From: Candidatus Latescibacterota bacterium
Lineage (GTDB): Bacteria; Latescibacterota; UBA2968; UBA8231
Reading direction: 5' to 3'
Assembly: GCA_965242865.1 (NCBI GenBank)
Contig: CBDETK010000013.1
Span: 2,848,001-2,912,000, forward strand
DNA: 64,000 nt
A program made the translations under genes and the position numbers. Position 1 is the first letter of the stretch, and each line of letters starts with the position of its first letter. Below, one piece after another: positions 18,918 to 28,225 of the stretch. The notes under the pieces are model-generated. The model made no database searches, was not told the origin of the DNA, and worked only from the letters and a program-made list of their open reading frames with translations.

Positions 18918-21900
18918 CTAAAAGAGCGATAGCTGTTCAGTCCCGCGTCGGCGCGGCATGGCCACCTCCTCGCGCACGAGCAACCGAGCGGGAATCTCAT
19001 CTACAAACGGCGATAGCGCACTCTGCACCCGCTCGCCATAGTGCTGGCGACTGCGCGCCCGCAGCAACACCAACTCCTCCTCCGCTCGCGTCATGCCCAC
19101 GTAAAAGAGCCGCCGCTCCTCGGCGAGGTCGGCGTCCCGCTCGCGGAAGGGGACGAGGCCGTCCTCCACCCCGCAGACAAATACCACTGGAAACTCCAAG
19201 CCCTTGGCTGCGTGCAAGGTCATCAGCGCAACGGCCTCCGGGCCTTGGGGGCCGCCCCGCTCCTCGTAGTCGGCCTCTGCGCCTAGGAGCACGGTCTCCA
19301 AAAGCTGGGCGAGCGTTCCGGCCTCGTCCGCTACGCGAGCCAAGTGCTCCAAGTCCTCGTCCTCCGGGTCGCCGAACTCGGCCTGCCAGCGGCGCACCCA
19401 AGCACCCGCCCCCTCCTCGGCGGCCCATTGCCTGTATTCTGCTATCCGCGCCTCTAGTGCCTCAACCCGGCTTTGCGCGGCGGGCGACAGTTCTCCCTGC
19501 CGCACTTGGCGCAAAATGTGCGGCTCCGCGCCCATGGCCTCTAGTGCCTGCCAGCGGCGGAGGTCCTCTTGCGAAATTGAGGCGTAGCGGACAAACGCCA
19601 AGGCCGCTCGCACCGCTGGTGCTTGGAGAAAGCCCTTCTGCCCGACGAGCCGGTAGGGCAGGCCCTCCTTGCGGAAGCACTCCTCCAGCACTTGGCCCTG
19701 ACGGCCGGTGCGGAAGAGCACGGCAAAGTCGGCGAAGCTGCGGGTGCCCTCTCCGCCGGCATCGGCCTGCACCATATCGGTGCCGCCGACCATGCGGGCA
19801 ATCTCCCGCACCACCGCAATGCCCTCGGCCGTCTCGCTCGGCACCTCGATTAGGCGGAGCCGATCCTTTGCCGGGCGCATGGCTGCGAGCTCAATGGCCT
19901 CGCGCCCCGGATTGTGGCCGACGACAGCCGCGGCCGCCTCGACAATATGCCCCTGGGAGCGGTAGTTCGCGCCTAGATGGAATAGCTGTAGGCCCGAGAA
20001 GCGGTCGCGCAACCGGGCGAAGTACGCGGGCGAAGCGCCGCGAAAGCTGTAGATCGCTTGATCTGGGTCGCCGATGGCCATGAGGCCCGCGCCTGCACCC
20101 GCCAACTGGAGGACCAACCTATACTGGGCGGCGTTGAGGTCTTGGAACTCGTCTATCAGCAGATAGGGGAAACGCGCCCGCACCTGTTCCCGCACGGCCG
20201 CATCCCCTTCTAAGAGGCGCAGCAAATCCAAGAGGATGTCGTCGTAATCGCAAGCGCCGGCCGCATGGAGAACCGCCTGATAGGCGCTGTAGTGCGGTCG
20301 CCACTCTTCGGCCACTTCATCCGGCCCCTGCGCCGCGGCCTTGGCCAGCGAGATGGCGCGGCTGGCCGCGGCGACCGGCCCCGGCAAACCAGCATCGACC
20401 AGCGTCCCTTCGAGCAACCGGCGCGCTTCCACCTCGTCGAGCACCAGCTTTGGCTCGCCGCCTAGCTGGCGCAAGAGCGACAACGCCAAGCGGTGGAAGG
20501 TCCCCACCTGCATCGCGCCCAGCCCGGACTCACCGCCCAATAACGCGCTCAATCGCTGCCGCATCTGTCCAGCCGCTCGCCGCGTAAAGGTAATGGCCAT
20601 GATCTGCCCCGGGTCCACGCCGCTTGCGACCAGCCGCGCAATGCGCCGCGTCAACACCCGGGTCTTGCCCGACCCCGGGCCAGCCACGACCACTAAAGGC
20701 CCGCCGGCGGCCTCTTCGATTTGCCGCTGTGCAGCGTCGGGCGCGGCCGTGGCCTGCGTCGCTGGTGCGGTGCTAGCGGGTTTTGGCCGCGGCACCGGCA
20801 CCGCGGCCTCAGCCGTCTTTGCGACCGCCGGTCCCAAGTTGAACAACGCCCCCTGCCCCTGTAAGCGCGTCCGCTCCTCCTCGCTGAACACGCTGATCAC
20901 GCCGTACTCCCCATCGTGGCCCGGGTAGATTTCGACTTCGCCGCAGCGCATCCGGCGCACGCCTTCGGCCACCAACGGCCCGCCGCAGCTTTCAATCGCG
21001 TTGAGTCCGGCGCGGCGCAAGACTTCGAGTTCCGGGCCGATCTCGGCCAAGAGGCGGTCGTACACGGCGCGGACTTTTTTGCTTTTCGGGCCAACGCCCA
21101 CCGCTGCGCCGATTACTTCGTCGAGCGGGATCAAGTATTCGTAGGAAGGAGCGACGTCCGGGCGAAACCCCTCCGGGCGGTCGGCCAGCCGCTCCACCCG
21201 ATGCAAAACCCCCACCGTCAGCTTGCGTCCGCACACCGGGCAGATTCCTTTAGCGGCTAGCGTTTGCGCGGGCTTGTAGCACACCGAGCACTTGCGGTGG
21301 CCGTCGTAGTGGTACTTGCCTTCTTCGGGATAGAACTCCAAGGTGCCCAAAAAGCGCGCTGGGTCGCGGTCTTTGAGCGCAGCGTAGATGCCCGGATACG
21401 AGCGCTCCGCATCAAAGCACGTGGCTTCGCGGGCCAGTTTTTGCGGCGAGTGCGCGTCGGAATTGGAGATGATCGCATAGCGGTCGAGGGCCGACAGGCG
21501 CCAATTCATCGGCGGGTCCGAGGACAGGCCGGTCTCTACCGCGAAGATGTGCGGCAGCAGATCCTCATAGCACTCCTCCAACGAGTCAAAGCCCGAAGAG
21601 GCCCCCAGAGCGGCAAAGTGCGGCGTCCATATATGGGCTGGGACGAAGAGCACATTTTCGTCGGCTTCGAGACAAATTTCCAAAAGGTCGCGGCTGTCTA
21701 GCCCCAAGATGGGCCGACCGTCGGACTGCAAGTTGCCAATGGTGCCGAGGCGGCGGTTGAGTCGGGCGACGGATTCGAGGGAGGGCAGGATGACGACGTG
21801 GTGGATCTTGCGGGTCTTGTCGCCCTTCTTGTAGATGGTGCTGATTTCCACCGAAAGCATGAAGCGCACGGCGCGGCGGCAGTGCTCGGGCAGTTCTCGT

Positions 21901-22124
21901 TCTACGGCGGCGCGCCGGCCGGGTTCGAGTTGGTACAGCCCCTCTTCGGCCGGTTCGAGCTGCTCTGACAGCTCGGCAAACCACGCTGGATGCGTGTAAT
22001 CGCCGGTGCCGACGACGTCAACGCCCTTGAGTGCCGACCACTTGTGCAAATTGGCGGGGTTGAGCTCGCGGCTGGTCGCTCGCGCAAAACGCGAGTGCAG
22101 GTGTACGTCGATGATGAACTGCAT
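18918..22124 (-). CDS. Endonuclease Q (PHP) - UvrD/PcrA helicase fusion
   Basis: N-terminal D.H.HSRF, GTGD.THP, PAHIWTP, ETGLSSD, NSDAHS and GKYH.DGHRKC..CPVCG. C-terminal AGPGSGKT, DEFQD, GDPDQAIY.FRG, NYRS, TLHAAKGLEF and EERRLFYVGMTRA. Confidence 0.92.
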   Translation of the reverse strand: MQFIIDVHLHSRFARATSRELNPANLHKWSALKGVDVVGTGDYTHPAWFAELSEQLEPAEEGLYQLEPGRRAAVERELPEHCRRAVRFMLSVEISTIYKKGDKTRKIHHVVILPSLESVARLNRRLGTIGNLQSDGRPILGLDSRDLLEICLEADENVLFVPAHIWTPHFAALGASSGFDSLEECYEDLLPHIFAVETGLSSDPPMNWRLSALDRYAIISNSDAHSPQKLAREATCFDAERSYPGIYAALKDRDPARFLGTLEFYPEEGKYHYDGHRKCSVCYKPAQTLAAKGICPVCGRKLTVGVLHRVERLADRPEGFRPDVAPSYEYLIPLDEVIGAAVGVGPKSKKVRAVYDRLLAEIGPELEVLRRAGLNAIESCGGPLVAEGVRRMRCGEVEIYPGHDGEYGVISVFSEEERTRLQGQGALFNLGPAVAKTAEAAVPVPRPKPASTAPATQATAAPDAAQRQIEEAAGGPLVVVAGPGSGKTRVLTRRIARLVASGVDPGQIMAITFTRRAAGQMRQRLSALLGGESGLGAMQVGTFHRLALSLLRQLGGEPKLVLDEVEARRLLEGTLVDAGLPGPVAAASRAISLAKAAAQGPDEVAEEWRPHYSAYQAVLHAAGACDYDDILLDLLRLLEGDAAVREQVRARFPYLLIDEFQDLNAAQYRLVLQLAGAGAGLMAIGDPDQAIYSFRGASPAYFARLRDRFSGLQLFHLGANYRSQGHIVEAAAAVVGHNPGREAIELAAMRPAKDRLRLIEVPSETAEGIAVVREIARMVGGTDMVQADAGGEGTRSFADFAVLFRTGRQGQVLEECFRKEGLPYRLVGQKGFLQAPAVRAALAFVRYASISQEDLRRWQALEAMGAEPHILRQVRQGELSPAAQSRVEALEARIAEYRQWAAEEGAGAWVRRWQAEFGDPEDEDLEHLARVADEAGTLAQLLETVLLGAEADYEERGGPQGPEAVALMTLHAAKGLEFPVVFVCGVEDGLVPFRERDADLAEERRLFYVGMTRAEEELVLLRARSRQHYGERVQSALSPFVDEIPARLLVREEVAMPRRRGTEQLSLF

Positions 22125-22154
22125 GTTGGATCCTCGTTGGCTTGTAGGGTTGCC

Positions 22155-23051
22155 TTAATCCCGCCCGACCCAGTTGGCGACCACAATGCCCAAAGCCACC
22201 AACCCCATGCTGGCCAGCAGATAGGGCGATATGGCCTCGTCCAACAGCGCGGCACTCAACAGCACCCCTACCACCGGCGTGACAAAGCTGAAGCCTCCCA
22301 ATCGCCCCGGCGAGTGATGGCGGAGCAGAAAGACTAGGATGATAAAGCACAGCCCGGCGACGGCGATGCCTTGGTAGAGTACGCCAGCGACGACCGGGCC
22401 GGTTAGGGCGTATTCGGCCTCGGATTCCAAGAACACACTCCAAGCGGCGAACAACGGCAGGCTCAGCACGGCCTGCCAAAAAAGCACCTGATAGGGGTTA
22501 AGCCCCTGTACCAGCCGCTTGATCACCACCTGTCGCAAGCCCAACAACAAGCCGCTAACGGCCACCATCGCGTCGCCGAGCAGGTATTGGGTGTCGGCCA
22601 GTGCCAGCGACTCCCAAAACAACAGCACCACGCCGACAAACGAAATGGCCAAGCCGAGCCACCGCCCCAAGCCCAAGCGGTCGCCGACGAGCAAGTGCGC
22701 GAAGAGTGCCGTGGAGAAGGGATAGATGTTGACCACCACTCCCGAGCGGCTGGCCGTGGTATATTGAGTGCCGGCGTTCAAAAGCCATATTTGCAGCGCG
22801 AAAAGCAGTGCCAAGCCGCCCAGTCCCTTCCACTCGCTAAGGGGCGTCCGCAGCCGAATACCAGCAAAAAGTGCCCCGACCCATACGGTCAGAGCACCCA
22901 GCGCGAAGCGCAAGCCAGCCATGGCCGCGGGCGGCACCCCGTCGAGACCCATCTTGATCGCCACCGGATTGCCGCCCCACAGCACGGCGGTCACCAGGGC
23001 GAGGGCACCGGCCTTCAACCCGACGGCCTCGTTGCGGATTTCAGCGGCCAA
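22155..23051 (-). CDS. DMT/EamA-family transporter
   Basis: Two EamA repeats (LWG.N...K, P......RF; TPV.GV......L.E), about 10 TM segments. Confidence 0.88.
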   Translation of the reverse strand: MAAEIRNEAVGLKAGALALVTAVLWGGNPVAIKMGLDGVPPAAMAGLRFALGALTVWVGALFAGIRLRTPLSEWKGLGGLALLFALQIWLLNAGTQYTTASRSGVVVNIYPFSTALFAHLLVGDRLGLGRWLGLAISFVGVVLLFWESLALADTQYLLGDAMVAVSGLLLGLRQVVIKRLVQGLNPYQVLFWQAVLSLPLFAAWSVFLESEAEYALTGPVVAGVLYQGIAVAGLCFIILVFLLRHHSPGRLGGFSFVTPVVGVLLSAALLDEAISPYLLASMGLVALGIVVANWVGRD

Positions 23052-23052
23052 C

Positions 23053-23703
23053 TTAGTCGATGATCTCGGCCTTGACGATGTAATCGAGATTGGGAAAGTT
23101 TTCTTGGAGATAGGCGTTGCCGCGCCCGGCGATCTGCCCTTGGTTGGGTTGCTGGCCGTACTCGGCGTTGATCTGGTCGACCACCTCCATGCCTTCTACC
23201 ACCTCGCCGAAGGGCGCAAACCCCATACCGTCGAGATTGGCGTTGTCGCCCAAGTTGATAAAGAGCTGGGTCGTGCGCGTATTGGGTTGGTTGGTTTTGG
23301 CGTACGTGATTCGTCCGCGCGTGTTGCTCTGCTTGACCGGGTCGTCGAGAATGTTGGCTTGGCGCCAAGCCATGTTCAGCTTTGGATTGCCGCTCAAGCC
23401 CCACTGCACCACAAAGCCGGGCACCACGCGGAAGAAGCGTTGCTCGTCGTAAAAGCCGTTGCGGACCAAGTTGTAGAAGCGGTCAGCACCGCGCGGCGCC
23501 CAATCGCGCGTCACTTGAATGACGACCGGGCCGGCGCTAGTCTCCAAGCGCACTGCGAATTCGTCCGGGGCCTGCTCCTTGAAGGCTTCGCCCGCAGGAT
23601 CCATTAAGAGCTCCTTGTTTGCTTCGTTTGCTTCCCCACCTTGGCCGCCGGTTCCACAACCGAAAGCCCAAAGTGCGATGATGAGTAGTGTGCTCGGCTT
23701 CAT
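23053..23703 (-). CDS. Cyclophilin-type peptidyl-prolyl isomerase, lipoprotein
   Basis: Lipobox AFGC. WAP.GADRFYNLV..GFY...FFRV.PGFVVQ.G, TQ.FINL.DN..LD and F.PFG.V.EGM.VVD. Confidence 0.92.
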   Translation of the reverse strand: MKPSTLLIIALWAFGCGTGGQGGEANEANKELLMDPAGEAFKEQAPDEFAVRLETSAGPVVIQVTRDWAPRGADRFYNLVRNGFYDEQRFFRVVPGFVVQWGLSGNPKLNMAWRQANILDDPVKQSNTRGRITYAKTNQPNTRTTQLFINLGDNANLDGMGFAPFGEVVEGMEVVDQINAEYGQQPNQGQIAGRGNAYLQENFPNLDYIVKAEIID

Positions 23704-23738
23704 AATGTTATGCCTTTTGCTTGATGTGCAGATTTTCG

Positions 23739-25976
23739 CTACAGCCCGCTCGCCGCTGCGACGAGTGCCTCGGTCGTAATGCCGAAGTGTGCCCACGTCT
23801 CTAAGTGGCCTTCGGACGGGGCCGTCGTCGGGTCGGTAATGCCGATGTGCGCGGCCGGAATCCCGAGGTCGTTGGCGATGCCCGCCACCAGCCCGGCAAA
23901 ACCGCGCAGGCCGACGTTAGCCGCGCCGATCAGGCCATCTTCTATGGTTACTACGCCTTGGGGATAGCGGCTTACGAGCTTTTCGAGGGCACCGTCGGGC
24001 AGCGGTAGCCCGTTGACGATGTGGGCATCCACCGCGCCTTTGAGCTGGGCAGCCGCCTCGCCAGCGAGAAAAGCCGGCGCGCCAAAAGCCAAGATCGCCC
24101 GCTCGGCACCGGGATAGGTGCGATAGGCCGTCACCGGCGTCCAAGGGTCGCCCGCTTCCCACAGCGGCCCGGTGCCGTCTTGCTTTTCGAGGATGGGCAG
24201 GGAGTCGCGCGGGATGCCGATGACGTGCCCGCCGTAGTGCGCCGCCATATCGCAGACCGCCAAAAACGCCGCCCGCGCATCGGCCGGCCCGTAGAAGCGG
24301 TGCAGATAGGGCAGATAGCTCAAGCCGACGTTGATCCACTCCAAACCCCAGCCCGAAAAGTGATCGCGGCCGGTGCAGGCCCCCACGTGCGAGACGTGGA
24401 AGGCGACGTTGAGGCCCTCGTTGACGCCGGTGAGGTTGCGCTGATAACGCCAGACGTCAAAGCCTTCGCGGGCAATGCCCTCGTAAAAGGCGGCAAACGT
24501 CGATACCACATTGAACTGCGGCCCCGGCCCGCGCATGGCCAACCCGTTGGTAATCAGACAAGCGGCTTGCTCCTCAATGCTCATCTCGAACTGGTGATCA
24601 GCGGCCAAGAACCCACGCGCCTTCGCCAATTTGGTCGAGGGGTCGAGGTCGCAGCTAACCACGAAGACGTCGTCGGGAAAATGCGCGGCCACGGCCGCGT
24701 ACCCCGCTTCGGAACCGGCGCGCGGGCTTTCGCTGGTGCCCATCGCGGGCAGGCTCACCTCTTCTCGCGCACTTTGCGGCAGGACCAAGTTGCGGCTGCC
24801 GGGAGCGGGTCTGGCCCGGGTTTCGACTGGACGCTTCTGCGCTCGGCGCAGGCCCGCTAGGGCTTGGCAGGCGGCCGCTGTTTTTTGGAACATCGGGTTG
24901 CCCAGCACTTGCGCGGCGTCGCGGCCCTTCAGATGGCCGTCGTGATGCCCTTCGCCGCCGGGGAGCTTGTTGACCAAGAAGAGGCACTCGAGCATCGGCA
25001 CTAGGTCGCGGTAGCTCATCAGCGAGCCGGGAACCCAGACGCGGGTGCTCAGGTCAACGCCGTGCTCGGCCGCAAACGTTGCGACCTCGGGACCAATGCC
25101 CAAGCGTGCGCCAAAGTCGCCGAGGCCCTCGTGCGTTCCCGTGGGATAGATCAGCGATGGCTGGCCCTGCCGCGCCAGTTCGTAGCCCTGGCGATAGGCT
25201 TCGTAGAGCACCGCGGCGTCGTGCAAGGTCTCGATCTCAATGACTTCCACGCCCAGTGCCGCGACGATCGGGCGCGGGTCCTTGTCCATGATGCCCTCGG
25301 TAGGGCCCGAAAGCTGGATGCCGTTGCGGTGCATGACAAAGGTGATGGGCGCCCCGTGGACAGCTGCGCCGTTGAAGCCGTTGAGGGCTTGGCCCGAAAT
25401 GTACCCGGCGTCGCCGCAGTGGCAGACGACCCAGCTATCCGCGCCGACCTTGGCCCGCTTGCCGAGGGCTTGGCCCACTGCCACCGGGATCATCACCCCT
25501 AAGCGCCCGCCGTTGAGTTGGGTGCCGCCCGGCAGCCAAGCCACGTGCCCGGGAGCGTCGAGCCCGCGGCGAAACCCCTCGACGACGAGCTGCTCATCGA
25601 CAAAGCCCAGGGCCGCCAAGGCCGCGTAGTAGCCCACGGAGGTGTGGGCGTGTTCAATGGTGTATTCGATGCGTTCGTAGTCGGTGACAGCCAAGGTCAG
25701 CAAGAGCGGCGGAATCAGCTCTAGACCGCCGCCGAGATGATCCAGCTCGCCGATTGCGGCCAGCGAGGCCAGCGAGCGAATCGCCAACTCGGCGGCTTCG
25801 ATCTGCAAGCCCTCTAGGGCGGCGATTTGCTCGGGGTGCAACGTTTGTTGTTGGCCGATATGTACGGTGAGCGGCAAGACCTCGGAATGCACCTGCTCGC
25901 CTAGGTAGCGCACTCCGCCCAACAGCGCTTTGTTGCGCTGCCGCTGGCCTGCTTGCGCCGCTTCGATCCCCCGCAT
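23739..25976 (-). CDS. Divergent single-chain transketolase-like ThDP enzyme
   Basis: DHLGGG, HAH...YY, PGH, G.LG..I..A.G.A, GDAG...N, DL..ST, MSIEEQ, STFAAF and C-terminal V.TIED..FGIT. Confidence 0.75.
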   Translation of the reverse strand: MRGIEAAQAGQRQRNKALLGGVRYLGEQVHSEVLPLTVHIGQQQTLHPEQIAALEGLQIEAAELAIRSLASLAAIGELDHLGGGLELIPPLLLTLAVTDYERIEYTIEHAHTSVGYYAALAALGFVDEQLVVEGFRRGLDAPGHVAWLPGGTQLNGGRLGVMIPVAVGQALGKRAKVGADSWVVCHCGDAGYISGQALNGFNGAAVHGAPITFVMHRNGIQLSGPTEGIMDKDPRPIVAALGVEVIEIETLHDAAVLYEAYRQGYELARQGQPSLIYPTGTHEGLGDFGARLGIGPEVATFAAEHGVDLSTRVWVPGSLMSYRDLVPMLECLFLVNKLPGGEGHHDGHLKGRDAAQVLGNPMFQKTAAACQALAGLRRAQKRPVETRARPAPGSRNLVLPQSAREEVSLPAMGTSESPRAGSEAGYAAVAAHFPDDVFVVSCDLDPSTKLAKARGFLAADHQFEMSIEEQAACLITNGLAMRGPGPQFNVVSTFAAFYEGIAREGFDVWRYQRNLTGVNEGLNVAFHVSHVGACTGRDHFSGWGLEWINVGLSYLPYLHRFYGPADARAAFLAVCDMAAHYGGHVIGIPRDSLPILEKQDGTGPLWEAGDPWTPVTAYRTYPGAERAILAFGAPAFLAGEAAAQLKGAVDAHIVNGLPLPDGALEKLVSRYPQGVVTIEDGLIGAANVGLRGFAGLVAGIANDLGIPAAHIGITDPTTAPSEGHLETWAHFGITTEALVAAASGL

Positions 25977-26031
25977 GTACAGCTCCCTAAGTGGGTATTT
26001 TCAGTTGAGTAACGGACAGTAAAAGTATAAA

Positions 26032-27042
26032 CTAACGCGGCTTGAATTGCACCGCCAATTTCTCGGCCCACGCCTTGTTCGCGTCGATCGTGCGCCCGGC
26101 ATTGTGCGGCGTATGCACCACGTTGTGCCGCCCCAGCAGGGGATCGTCCAACGGCAGCGGCTCTTGGTCCCACACGTCGGCCGCTAGGCTCAACTCGTCG
26201 GCCAGCACGCGGCGGCGGATTGCGTCGGTATCGCAGATTTTGGCCCTAGTCACCAGCACCACCAGACAGCCCTTGGGCAGCGCGTCGATGTGCCCAGCCT
26301 CGACCAAGCCGCACGTCGATTCCGTCAGCGGCACCATGGGCGCGAACACCTCGGCATCGGCGACGAGCTGCTCCAGATGGTACACGCGGCGCGACCCAGC
26401 CCGGTGGAAGCACGGCTCGGTGGCAAACGGATCCCAAGCCGCCACCTCAGCGCCGAGCATGGCAGCGAAGCTGGCGTAGCGGCTGGCGATATTGCCGGCC
26501 CCGACAATGCGCACCCGCTTGCCGCCCAGCGTGCCGTTGGCAAAGGCCGGGTCGTCGCCAAATTGGTGTCCCCGCGCCCCGGGCCGCCCCAGGCCTTCGG
26601 GCGGCTCGTAGTCCCAAGGCGCTTGGCTTTGGATGATCGCTCGGTGCAGCTGGGGAATTCGCCGCAGCCCGCACAGAGTCAAGGCCAAGCCAAATTCCGC
26701 CACGGTCTGCGACCAAAACCCTTCGCTCGGATGGTCGTACACCGCGACGCCAGCCTCGGCTAGGTACTCGCTACAGCCCTCGCCGAGCCGCCGGCCATAA
26801 GACCCCTGAAAGGTCGCCTCCTGCAACGCGCTGAACCGCTTTAGGCACGTCAGGCGCACTGGCACGCCGAGCGTGGCCAATCGCGTCACTGGGCGCGGGT
26901 CCTCCACGATCTCGCCCAAGGGCCGCTCGTCGCCATGGGCGAGACGCACAAAGCCCGCTTTGGGCCACAAGGTGCGGAAGTGGTCGGCGGCAAAGGGCCA
27001 AACGCCGTCAAAATCTGGATGCACTGCGATCAAATCGCCCAT
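26032..27042 (-). CDS. D-isomer-specific 2-hydroxyacid dehydrogenase family protein
   Basis: VAEF, Rossmann IVGAGNIA, PLTEST.GL, DVW..EP and HTPHNAG. Confidence 0.88.
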   Translation of the reverse strand: MGDLIAVHPDFDGVWPFAADHFRTLWPKAGFVRLAHGDERPLGEIVEDPRPVTRLATLGVPVRLTCLKRFSALQEATFQGSYGRRLGEGCSEYLAEAGVAVYDHPSEGFWSQTVAEFGLALTLCGLRRIPQLHRAIIQSQAPWDYEPPEGLGRPGARGHQFGDDPAFANGTLGGKRVRIVGAGNIASRYASFAAMLGAEVAAWDPFATEPCFHRAGSRRVYHLEQLVADAEVFAPMVPLTESTCGLVEAGHIDALPKGCLVVLVTRAKICDTDAIRRRVLADELSLAADVWDQEPLPLDDPLLGRHNVVHTPHNAGRTIDANKAWAEKLAVQFKPR

Positions 27043-27043
27043 G

Positions 27044-27925
27044 TTACTCGCTCGCTTCCCGAAAAAATGGCTGCGTCCAAGCAAACGCCTCTCCAGCCCC
27101 CCAACACTCAAAGCGCACGTACCCCGCCTGCGCCGGCACTTCCACCTCGATTTCCCGCCCATCGGCCACGGCGATTCGCTTCGCGCCCGCGCACAACGCC
27201 ACGATCCGCGCCGCATTCTCCGTCTCGATCCAGACCCGGTTCCCCTCGACTTGGATATGGTTGATCTCGACGCCGGTCGAGGCGTAAAAGCGGCCGGCGC
27301 GCAGGGCCTTTACCACGCCGTGGGCGGTCTCCTCTTCCACATAAGCCACATTCCACCCCAACCCCACATCGCCCTCGGCCGCGTGGCTGTCGTCGTTGGC
27401 AAACCCCCACAGGCGTCTTCCCGCGCTCAGCAGCATGTCCCAGCGATTCGTCGCGTAGGGGCTGCCCTCCAAGCGGCCGATCACGCCGTTGTAAATCTCC
27501 AAACCCACATAGCCTTCACAGACCTGCAAAAGCTCCTGCGGACAGTGGTTGAAATGGCCGCGCCAGTTGGGATGATTAAAAAGAACAAACCCACCGCCCG
27601 ATTCATTGACCTCGTCGAGTACCTGCTGCCGCTCCGCATGGGGAGCGACCCGCGCTGCGGCCCCTACGTGCAAAATATGCGGGCCGTTGGCTGTAATCTC
27701 ATTGCCCGGCACCAAAATCATCCCTTGGGCGTCGTATTGCTCGTAGTCTGCCGAGGACGTATAGATGTCGTGGTCGGAGATCGCCAAGAAGCCGTAGCCG
27801 CGGCTGGCGTAGTCGTCGAGTACCGCTTGGTGGTCGCGCTCGCCATCGCTGGCGGTGGTGTGTGCGTGCAGGTTGCCGGCTAGCCAGCGTCCGCCGCTCA
27901 AATTCTGATAGGGATGTTCGATCAT
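27044..27925 (-). CDS. PHP-domain metallohydrolase (CehA/McbA-like)
   Basis: GNLH.HTT.SDG, FLAISDH, G.E, NHP.W, EIYN and A.DDSH. Confidence 0.85.
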   Translation of the reverse strand: MIEHPYQNLSGGRWLAGNLHAHTTASDGERDHQAVLDDYASRGYGFLAISDHDIYTSSADYEQYDAQGMILVPGNEITANGPHILHVGAAARVAPHAERQQVLDEVNESGGGFVLFNHPNWRGHFNHCPQELLQVCEGYVGLEIYNGVIGRLEGSPYATNRWDMLLSAGRRLWGFANDDSHAAEGDVGLGWNVAYVEEETAHGVVKALRAGRFYASTGVEINHIQVEGNRVWIETENAARIVALCAGAKRIAVADGREIEVEVPAQAGYVRFECWGAGEAFAWTQPFFREASE

Positions 27926-28045
27926 TGGAGTCTCCTTTTGGTTGGGAAGCGGCCTCAAAATACGGGAGCACCCTGCCGGCGACAAGGGAAGCCCCCGCCG
28001 GAGCGGTGTTGACGCGAAAAGCAAGCGGCCCTTTAATTCCGCTTA

Positions 28046-28061
28046 GCAGCGGTCTGAAAAC
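28046..28061. repeat. Orphan IS5-like terminal inverted repeat
   Basis: TTA-GCAGCGGTCTGAAAAC is 15/16 identical to the reverse complement of the right TIR of the 5142-6072 element. Confidence 0.55.
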
Positions 28062-28087
28062 CCATCTTGGGTCGTGCTGAACAAACC

Positions 28088-28177
28088 GTAGGGGGCCGGC
28101 CCCTGTGCCGGCCCCCGTCGTTCCCACGAAAGAACGTCACCCCGTGCTCCGACACGGGGCGGGAATCCACCCCGTAC
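28088..28177. repeat. GTAG-type REP-like palindrome pair
   Basis: GTAG overlapping the start of a 10-bp hairpin GGGGGCCGGC/GCCGGCCCCC. A second hairpin ACGGGGCGG/CCACCCCGT ends in GTAC. Confidence 0.55.
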
Positions 28178-28225
28178 CGTTTGGACGTAAAGGACAACCA
28201 CCAGACCCGTCCAGCGGAGGACCTA

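Noticed and set aside
18717-18932. 71-aa ORF overlapping the nuclease-like gene stop (ATGA) as a third component
   Set aside because: No recognisable motif, and it overlaps the convergent helicase end. It could be a remnant but is unsupported.
26873-27883. 336-aa plus-strand ORF, and similar long antisense ORFs (7262-8095, 43986-44954, 59615-60427)
   Set aside because: Shadow ORFs opposite well-supported genes, as expected in high-GC DNA.
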